Assembly (NCBI RefSeq): GCF_023333585.1
Contig: NZ_JAIQZN010000080.1
Span: forward strand, 685 to 32,684
Reading direction: 5' to 3'
DNA length: 32,000 nt
From: Argonema antarcticum A004/B2
GTDB lineage: Bacteria; Cyanobacteriota; Cyanobacteriia; Cyanobacteriales; Aerosakkonemataceae
In this document: piece after piece, positions 8,599 to 14,340 of the stretch
Layout: each line of letters opens with the position of its first letter
How positions within the stretch are numbered: the first letter of the stretch is position 1
Notes under the pieces: generated by a model
What the model saw: the letters and a program-made list of their open reading frames with translations, nothing else
What the model was told of the DNA's origin: nothing
The model's database searches: none
Made by a program: the position numbers and the translations under genes

Positions 8599-8805
8599 CT
8601 ACCCCTATTCAACCCCTTATCCTGCCTGATTTCCAGCGGCAGTTTGCGAGGGATACCAATTTTCTTACCACAAACCTCCTTACTTGCACATCTTTAAACG
8701 TCTAAAACCCTTGCCCAGTAAGGCAGCGAGGCTCACAACGAAGTTGCGTTGTTTCAGCGATTTTTCATCACCCTCGCAATTTTAGGGAATTGGGGATAGC
8801 TGGGA
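8599..8805 (-). promoter_or_regulatory. Leader of array 1
   Basis: It flanks the non-degenerate end of the array. Its blocks are collinear with the array 2 leader: AAACCCTTGCCCAG (8705-8718), GTTTCAGCGAT (8751-8761), and the inverted pair TTGCGAGGG (8644-8652) / CCCTCGCAA (8771-8779). Confidence 0.7.
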
Positions 8806-8841
8806 GCGATCGCACTTTACTACACTACTAAGTGCGATCGC
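8806..8841. other. HIP1-based hairpin just downstream of the cmr6-like stop
   Basis: GCGATCGCAC (8806-8815) and GTGCGATCGC (8832-8841) form a perfect 10-bp inverted repeat with a 16-nt loop. The same design recurs at 27888-27921 and 29747-29784. Confidence 0.6.
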
Positions 8842-8849
8842 CTGATTCT

Positions 8850-10364
8850 TCAACATTGCCATACAACCTGGAAACCTTTACTTGTCAGCGTCGCTTCCAC
8901 AGCTTGATCAAATACAGTAATCAAACAATAATTCTCATATTGTCGCACCGCATAACCAGATGGTCGAGTCTCAGAATTTCCACACCATTGGGGGCGATTT
9001 GTGGCTGTGGTACTGCAAACTTTATGCACGATATCTCGCCATTTATCTCCTTTTCCCTGCCAAATACTAATCAGAGAACCAGAAACTATTGCTGGCTTTG
9101 ACATCGCACGCCAACCATAATTTTCACCTAATTTTGCGATTAGTTCCCGCAAACGCTTAATTAACTCATTCAAAGGTTCTTCCAAATTAACTGGCGTAAC
9201 AGTAAATTCACTACCCCGAAAACCATAAAAACGTTCTAAAACGTGGGGTGGTCTGCGCCAACCTGGGCCAAGTCCACCAAGGCGACTAGCTAAAGCAAGC
9301 AATCCACCAATTAAAGGTTTAAATTCTTCATTGCAATCAACACTAATTATCCAAGTTGCGTGTGCTTGACGAGCCGGAATATTAGTATAATCATTGGAAG
9401 TTTGACCGAGCATTCTGGGAATAGATTGCAAATAGCTAGTTAAAGTTAATTTAGCCGGACAACCCAAACCTCCAAATATTTTATCAGTCAGTTTTAAGGC
9501 AGTTTCCTGCGAAAACAAAGATAATGCCAATCTGGTAAAGTAACCGCGTAAATTAGCCCGCAATACTTGAGGCGTCCAGCGGTATTGTCCGGTTTGATTT
9601 TCCCCTGGTTTGTGACTTTGGACGCAAGGTTTCATTCCGGTGAGTTGAATCTCCCAATTTCCTGAAGGAATAAAGGGCGCTAATCGACCAAAACCCGATG
9701 CTTTTCCCCGTCCGATTCCTTGGAATTGCAGCATTTCTTTTAAGCGTGTTTCCAGCCAAGTTTTTTGTTCTTTGCTAGAAGTATCTTTCAGTAAAACTTG
9801 CAAGCAGAATTTATCGAAATTCGGACTGGGAGGTTTAGGAGATACTTGCCATTGAATGCCTAAATTCTTACTTTTTTCGTCAAATAACTGCCATTTTTGT
9901 TGAGCGTTTAATGGATAAGGTTTGAGGTTTTTTAGTAGAATGGTTTCAAAGCGAATTTTGCGGGGTAGCCAGTGAGTGCGATCGCTTGCCAGCAAACTTT
10001 GCCAAAAAGCTTGTTCTTCACTCGGTAAATCATTCCATTTTCCCTGAATCCAACTTAGCAAAGCGCCCCTAATGCTAGAACCGGGAATGCAGGGAACACC
10101 GCCAATTTGGGCGGGTAAAATACCTCCTTCTGGAAAACTACCCCCACCAACTTGAATCGGACTAATAATTTGCAATTTGTCCAAACGTACCGTGTAAGCA
10201 TCAGCATTTTTGGGCGAATAACTTCCTTTTGTATCCCAAGCATCAATAATTATGGCAGAATCTTCTTTACCTTCAATAATATCCTCAGTTTTCGGTGTCC
10301 AGCCTCTTTCTTTTGTCTCTTCAACTGTGTACCATTGGGGCATTTCTTCAGGTAATAGCGCCAT
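8850..10364 (-). CDS. Two-RAMP-domain protein: Cmr6-like N-terminal half, Cmr1-like C-terminal half
   Basis: 504 aa. The first RAMP has GGVPCIPGSSIRGALLSW and the glycine loop QGIGRGKASGFGRL. The second RAMP has LRANLRGYFTRLAL, IFGGLGCPAKLTL and LGGLGPGWRRP. No separate cmr1 or cmr6 occurs elsewhere in the window. Confidence 0.6.
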   Translation of the reverse strand: MALLPEEMPQWYTVEETKERGWTPKTEDIIEGKEDSAIIIDAWDTKGSYSPKNADAYTVRLDKLQIISPIQVGGGSFPEGGILPAQIGGVPCIPGSSIRGALLSWIQGKWNDLPSEEQAFWQSLLASDRTHWLPRKIRFETILLKNLKPYPLNAQQKWQLFDEKSKNLGIQWQVSPKPPSPNFDKFCLQVLLKDTSSKEQKTWLETRLKEMLQFQGIGRGKASGFGRLAPFIPSGNWEIQLTGMKPCVQSHKPGENQTGQYRWTPQVLRANLRGYFTRLALSLFSQETALKLTDKIFGGLGCPAKLTLTSYLQSIPRMLGQTSNDYTNIPARQAHATWIISVDCNEEFKPLIGGLLALASRLGGLGPGWRRPPHVLERFYGFRGSEFTVTPVNLEEPLNELIKRLRELIAKLGENYGWRAMSKPAIVSGSLISIWQGKGDKWRDIVHKVCSTTATNRPQWCGNSETRPSGYAVRQYENYCLITVFDQAVEATLTSKGFQVVWQC

Positions 10365-10437
10365 GATTTTTTCCTTCCTGCTAACTTAAATATTGAATAG
10401 TGTTTCTTTCAACCTCATTTAGATTTCTCCAACAAGA

Positions 10438-10474
10438 AATCTGAGGACTTAGAACTATTCTAAATCCTCAGATT
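10438..10474. promoter_or_regulatory. Long near-perfect palindrome upstream of the cmr6-like gene
   Basis: AATCTGAGGA (10438-10447) pairs with TCCTCAGATT (10465-10474). An inner pair TTAGAA/TTCTAA surrounds a 3-nt loop. It lies about 75 bp upstream of the start at 10364. It could be an operator or a 5'-UTR structure. Confidence 0.4.
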
Positions 10475-10475
10475 C

Positions 10476-10530
10476 AAAAAAAGCGGATATTTTAACTAAA
10501 GTTTTCTTTCTTTAAGAAAGGTTTATCCGC
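10476..10530 (-). terminator. Intrinsic terminator (minus strand) downstream of the solitary repeat
   Basis: Outer stem GCGGATA (10483-10489) pairs with TATCCGC (10524-10530). It encloses an inner hairpin CTTTCT/AGAAAG (10506-10520). On the minus strand it is followed by T7 (A7 at 10476-10482 on the + strand). Confidence 0.6.
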
Positions 10531-10560
10531 TAGGTAATCGCGCACTTTCGAGAGACGACT

Positions 10561-10594
10561 GTTTCAACACCTTTTCCCTATCTAAAGGGTCTTC
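10561..10594 (-). repeat. Solitary CRISPR-repeat-like element (third repeat variant)
   Basis: The + strand reads GTTTCAACACCTTTTCCCTATCTAAAGGGTCTTC. The first 16 nt are identical to the array 2 repeat, and it has its own small stem (CCCT..AGGG) at the position of the array hairpins. No second repeat lies nearby. Confidence 0.75.
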
Positions 10595-10671
10595 TTTACT
10601 TTAATAGGAGAAAGCCTGGAAAATAAGGTCATAATGGCATTGACATTTGTTCGCTTCAGTGATATATACAC

Positions 10672-10968
10672 TTAATCAAGCGGACAAAGTAACCTCCAAA
10701 GCGGTGTGGGAATGTCCTCAAAATGTTCTAGCAGAAAGTCCATAATTGCCAGATGGCGCAAATCGTTAGGATGGGGATTTCTGCCTAAATCTCCTTGTTT
10801 AAACCACCCGCGCACGGTAGACTCGGAACGAGAACAAATTAAAGCTATTTGTTCGTAAGTTACTGCCCATTTATTGTAAAATTGTCTGGGTGTCATCCCT
10901 AATTGGCAATGGCTGTACAATTGAATCAAAGTTAATTCTCGTTCCTGTAAAATTCGAGGTTTATTCAT
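10672..10968 (-). CDS. Small helix-turn-helix protein
   Basis: 98 aa with an HTH-like segment VTYEQIALICSRSESTVRGWF. It sits inside the cas block, downstream of a toxin-like ORF. Confidence 0.5.
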   Translation of the reverse strand: MNKPRILQERELTLIQLYSHCQLGMTPRQFYNKWAVTYEQIALICSRSESTVRGWFKQGDLGRNPHPNDLRHLAIMDFLLEHFEDIPTPLWRLLCPLD

Positions 10969-11121
10969 ATTTTTCGATAGGTAATTGATGGAATTTATCT
11001 GTCATCTTCCAACCAATGACTAATGACTATAGGACTTACGCAAAGCCCCTATCTGTAGGGTGCGTTAGCGCTAGCGTAACGCACCATCTACCATATTTAG
11101 TGTAGCTGCGTAACTCCTGGA

Positions 11122-11391
11122 CTAATGACTATCAATAGCCATCACCCAAATGGTTTTACCCTCTTTGTATTTCCAGTAAAAACGCAAAGCCATCGAAGCA
11201 GAAGAACCCCAAATTTCGCCTTTTTTCTGTTTATATCGATGAGTCCTCAAACTTCTGTAATTTGGCCCTTCTGCTGCTAAAAGTTGGAAAGCTTTATGGT
11301 ATTGTTTTTGCGTTTTTACTGAAAATACCGCCAATTGCTTTTTTACTTTGGGAGTGACAATCACCTCAAATTGGATGGCTTGATAGTCCAT
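11122..11391 (-). CDS. RelE/HigB-like toxin-fold protein (putative)
   Basis: 89 aa. The C-terminal pattern SLRTHRYKQKKGEIWGSSASMALRFYWKYKEGKTIWVMAIDSH resembles the RelE/ParE/HigB consensus: L-x-x-H-x-L-K-G, W-S, R-(I/F)-x-(F/Y), and a terminal H. Confidence 0.4.
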   Translation of the reverse strand: MDYQAIQFEVIVTPKVKKQLAVFSVKTQKQYHKAFQLLAAEGPNYRSLRTHRYKQKKGEIWGSSASMALRFYWKYKEGKTIWVMAIDSH

Positions 11392-11407
11392 GAGATTTGA
11401 TTTTTAG

Positions 11408-11447
11408 GTACGTTGTTGCGTTTTAGCGCTAAAGCGCAACAACGTAC
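11408..11447. other. 40-nt near-perfect palindrome between cas2 and the toxin-like ORF
   Basis: GTACGTTGTTGCGTTTTAGCGCTAAAGCGCAACAACGTAC has one T/G position. A T-run follows on the + strand. A related palindrome with an AGCGCT core lies at 11060-11084. Confidence 0.6.
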
Positions 11448-11460
11448 TTTTAATTAATGA

Positions 11461-11739
11461 CTAAACGATGAAAGCCGCATCATCTACTGCAAAGTCTGGC
11501 TTTATTCCTAAGACCGCTACTTTGCAACGACAGGGGTCGGATAGGGGATAAAATCTGAGTTGGTCTTCTTTGGAATTGAGTATTTTGAACAACCGTTTTT
11601 GAATGTTCTCGTACTGCTTTTCATCCAGTACCGCCTCGAATACCGACTTCTGCACTCGCAATCCGTAAGTTTCTAATAATTTAGAAACTTTATAGCGGCG
11701 ACTATCATCTACGATGTCATAGCAAATGAGGTAAAACAT
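11461..11739 (-). CDS. cas2: Cas2
   Basis: The sequence MFYLICYDIVDDSRRYKVSKLLETYGLRVQKSVFE.. is typical of the Cas2 ferredoxin fold. The ATG at 11739-11737 overlaps the cas1 stop (TAATG). The longer track ORF to 11880 runs inside cas1. Confidence 0.9.
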   Translation of the reverse strand: MFYLICYDIVDDSRRYKVSKLLETYGLRVQKSVFEAVLDEKQYENIQKRLFKILNSKEDQLRFYPLSDPCRCKVAVLGIKPDFAVDDAAFIV

Positions 11740-12803
11740 TACACTTTTACCAGTATTCGCTGTTCTGTTGGCTGATTGCTGACAGGAGAGATAGCAGTAT
11801 CGGTATCCCATTTCAGCAGCATGGGGCGGTAGAATTCTACATCGCCTAACAAGTAAGCAATGTATTCTTGTACTTGCCATGCTAAACAGCGACGGTAGCT
11901 GAGTTTTCCTGCATATAAATGAGTCACTTCAGTTTGCAGCTTTTCTTCCCAATGCTTGATAAACTTTTTCAACGTAGCAGGATATAGAGATATTGCGTCC
12001 TGTTGGGAAGGTCGGGTAAAATCGTCAGGTGTCAGAATTTGCGAAATTGCCAAATTTGCCACTAATTCGTCTACCAAGAAAGGACGAAATTCGACGGCGA
12101 AATCTTCAATCAAAGATAGTTCATCTTGGCAATAAAAATGCAGGTTGCCGAAGTTGGGATTGAGTCCGGCTGATTGTACAAATCCGTAAATGGTATGATT
12201 TAGCAGGGCATTACCCAGGCGTAACACGCTGTTAATGGAGTGGGAGTGAGGGCGACAAGTACACTGGAAGTTGAAAGCTTTTGCGAGTAACTCGGTGATG
12301 GCTTGATAGTACAAAGAAGCGGCTGTAGTTGAGTATTCCCGCAGTGCGTGGATAGAATCTGCCATCGGCAAATCATCGATTAAAAGGTCTAGCATTTCCA
12401 TCGCTATTTCTGCTTTGGGAGTGGAATGATTTGCACTCAAGCGCAACAGAACGATGCCACAGTTATGCAGGTAAGCGCGGACGATGCTTTCAGCTATGGT
12501 TTTGGGAAAGTTGGGGTTTTGGGCGCGTTTGATTTGCTGGGGAAAGTATTTGGCAGGATGTAGCGATTCTAGTTGTAAGCGTCCTAAATAGTTTCCTTGG
12601 TTGTCGAGGAATAGGACGGGAATTGCCAGAGATTGAGCTAAAGATGCGGCGTTCGGTTGTAAGTGGCAATTACCGAATAGAGTAATTTTGCTTACTTGGG
12701 AAGAATGCACTTGCAGGCACAGTTTGTTTTGGTGGAATACTTGGAAGTAATGATGTTTTACTTTTAAGCAAGTGCCTGGTTCGGTCATGTAGATTGCTGT
12801 CAT
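11739..12803 (-). CDS. cas1: Cas1 without RT, a paralogue of the Cas1 domain of the RT-Cas1 fusion
   Basis: 354 aa. Along its length it parallels RT-Cas1 residues 332-665, for example MTAIYMTEPGTCLKV vs MTTLYVTDQGAYLSI, FGNLH in both, and FIKHWEEKLQTEVTH vs FLKHWEEKLQSELTH. Acidic and His active-site positions are retained (REYS, GNLH, IEDFAVEFR). Confidence 0.9.
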   Translation of the reverse strand: MTAIYMTEPGTCLKVKHHYFQVFHQNKLCLQVHSSQVSKITLFGNCHLQPNAASLAQSLAIPVLFLDNQGNYLGRLQLESLHPAKYFPQQIKRAQNPNFPKTIAESIVRAYLHNCGIVLLRLSANHSTPKAEIAMEMLDLLIDDLPMADSIHALREYSTTAASLYYQAITELLAKAFNFQCTCRPHSHSINSVLRLGNALLNHTIYGFVQSAGLNPNFGNLHFYCQDELSLIEDFAVEFRPFLVDELVANLAISQILTPDDFTRPSQQDAISLYPATLKKFIKHWEEKLQTEVTHLYAGKLSYRRCLAWQVQEYIAYLLGDVEFYRPMLLKWDTDTAISPVSNQPTEQRILVKV

Positions 12804-12842
12804 AATTTGCTTTTAAACTCTACATTCCTATCTTCTCAACCG

Positions 12843-12900
12843 GGTATTTGAGTTGGTATTTGAGTACGCATATTAGTATATGAGTTGGTATATGAGTTGG
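12843..12900 (-). promoter_or_regulatory. 2+2 set of 12-bp direct repeats upstream of cas1
   Basis: Units are GGTATTTGAGTT (12843), GGTATTTGAGTA (12855), a 9-bp gap, GTATATGAGTT (12876) and GGTATATGAGTT (12887). A candidate -10 (TAGAGT on the minus strand, 12817-12822) lies about 20 bp downstream. The block is paralogous to 16386-16444. Confidence 0.6.
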
Positions 12901-12978
12901 CGATTTGGTCAAAAATGGTTTTTTAGTTTTTATTTTGTAGGTAGAGAAAGAGAATCGCTTTTACTCCGCAACATTAAA

Positions 12979-13206
12979 TATAGCTAGTGACTAGGGAAGA
13001 GGAAAAAGGGTTAAGGAGTAAGAGATGGAAAGACCAAAGGTAAGAGTTGGAGTTGTCCTAATCGCCAAGGTGGTTGCTATAGCTAGGGACTAGGGGCTTT
13101 CTTGCTAGGGGCGAGCGTTGAGGGAGAGGGAAGAGGTTACTCCGTAAGGGATTATGGACTTCATGTAACAGTTGGAGTTGGCTTAATCGCCCTGGCGGTT
13201 GCTATA
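12979..13206. repeat. Degenerate tandem duplication (units of ~99 and ~125 bp)
   Basis: TATAGCTAG(T/G)GACTAGGG occurs at 12979 and 13078. AGTTGGAGTTG.C.TAATCGCC..GG.GGTTGCTATA occurs at 13045-13082 and 13169-13206, matching at 33 of 38 positions. Confidence 0.7.
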
Positions 13207-13213
13207 TATTACA

Positions 13214-13244
13214 GTCCCCAGGATAAGCAGATTATCCTGGGGAC
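13214..13244 (-). terminator. Strong hairpin at the trailer end of array 2
   Basis: GTCCCCAGGATAA (13214-13226) pairs with TTATCCTGGGGAC (13232-13244), a perfect 13-bp stem with a 5-nt loop. It lies 6 nt beyond the last repeat in the transcription direction. There is no clear U-tract. Confidence 0.5.
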
Positions 13245-13250
13245 AATTGG

Positions 13251-14102
13251 GTTTCAACACCTTTTCTCTTCAGTAAGAGTCAATCGTGAGTACAAATGGT
13301 ACATGGACGATAGCCCTTGGGTAGAGGTTTCAACACCTTTTCTCTTCAGTAAGAGTCAATCCAGCATTTGCTGGTAACGACCCGTATGAAAAACTGATGG
13401 GTTTCAACACCTTTTCTCTTCAGTAAGAGTCAATCTCTTTTTAACAGACCAAAAAGTTGGTGGAGCTTTATAAAGTTTCAACACCTTTTCTCTTCAGTAA
13501 GAGTCAATCATGGAGACACTGTAATTTGCGCAGGTTCCGCGGACGAACAGTTTCAACACCTTTTCTCTTCAGTAAGAGTCAATCTTTGCAATGGTAATTT
13601 CTATGATTGCCAGTGGAACAGTTTCAACACCTTTTCTCTTCAGTAAGAGTCAATCAAGAGCTACCAGGGTGGGCGGTAACCGTCTGCCCTGAAAGTTTCA
13701 ACACCTTTTCTCTTCAGTAAGAGTCAATCCGGGAGCAAATCCAGGAGCGGCGGCAACAGCAAAACAATCGCGTTTCAACACCTTTTCTCTTCAGTAAGAG
13801 TCAATCCAGCAATAGGGTTGGTCGGCACTGGTGTCGCTTGGGGAATGTTTCAACACCTTTTCTCTTCAGTAAGAGTCAATCAATCTTGATAAAATTGAGA
13901 AAAAAGCAGAGGAAGCAAGTTTCAACACCTTTTCTCTTCAGTAAGAGTCAATCTTGTCTGGTTTTGATAGTCTTAGCTGGGCCCGCCGGCCTAGTTTCAA
14001 CACCTTTTCTCTTCAGTAAGAGTCAATCAGTGGCAAACCGACTCGACGCACGAGTCAGAAGCAGCTTGTTTCAACACCTTTTCTCTTCAGTAAGAGTCAA
14101 TC
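13251..14102 (-). CRISPR. CRISPR array 2: 12 repeats of 35 bp, 11 spacers of 36-42 bp
   Basis: Repeats start at 13251, 13327, 13401, 13475, 13550, 13621, 13695, 13772, 13847, 13919, 13994 and 14068, and all are identical. The + strand reads GTTTCAACACCTTTTCTCTTCAGTAAGAGTCAATC. The transcribed form is GATTGACTCTTACTGAAGAGAAAAGGTGTTGAAAC. Confidence 0.97.
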
Positions 14103-14340
14103 CCTTAGCTTCTAGAAGCCAAGCGTTGAGCTAATTCTACACCGCCAGATCTGAGGGGGTCAAGTTGGACGATCGAAAACGAGACAATTCTTCTCAATAA
14201 CCCAGAATAACACCCACCTTAAACCCTTACCCAGAGAGCTATCCGAGGGGGTCAACGAAAGAATGAGGGTTTCAGCGATCGACTGACCCTCTCAGATGCT
14301 TATTATTAGGACGAATATTGATAAGCTTTGCTAATCAAGT
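14103..14340 (-). promoter_or_regulatory. Leader of array 2
   Basis: It lies between the RT-cas1 stop and the first repeat. Conserved blocks are AAACCCTTACCCAG (14221-14234), GTTTCAGCGAT (14269-14279), and the inverted pair ATCTGAGGGGGTC (14149-14161) / GACCCTCTCAGAT (14285-14297). Confidence 0.7.

Noticed and set aside
8850-10364. Possibility that the 504-aa RAMP protein is or contains Cas6
   Set aside because: Its motifs (IPGSSIRGALL, GRGKASGFGRL, LRGYFTRLAL, GGLGPGWRRP) fit Cmr6- and Cmr1-type RAMPs better than Cas6. This cannot be fully excluded without profile searches or a structure.
10643-10671. Near-consensus + strand promoter: TTGACA, 17 nt, TATATA
   Set aside because: It would fire into the 3' end of the minus-strand HTH gene with no + strand gene to serve. 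It is kept only as a possible antisense promoter, or its TATATA as a -10 for the solitary-repeat unit, and is not called as a feature.
11047-11060. CCCTATCTGTAGGG resembling the stem of the solitary repeat (CCCTATCTAAAGGG)
   Set aside because: Only the short stem is shared. The conserved GTTTCAACACC handle is absent, so this is probably coincidental.
11740-11880. N-terminal 47-aa extension of the Cas2 ORF
   Set aside because: The extension overlaps the cas1 coding region in another frame. The canonical Cas2 N terminus MFYLICYDI starts at the ATG at 11739, which overlaps the cas1 stop.
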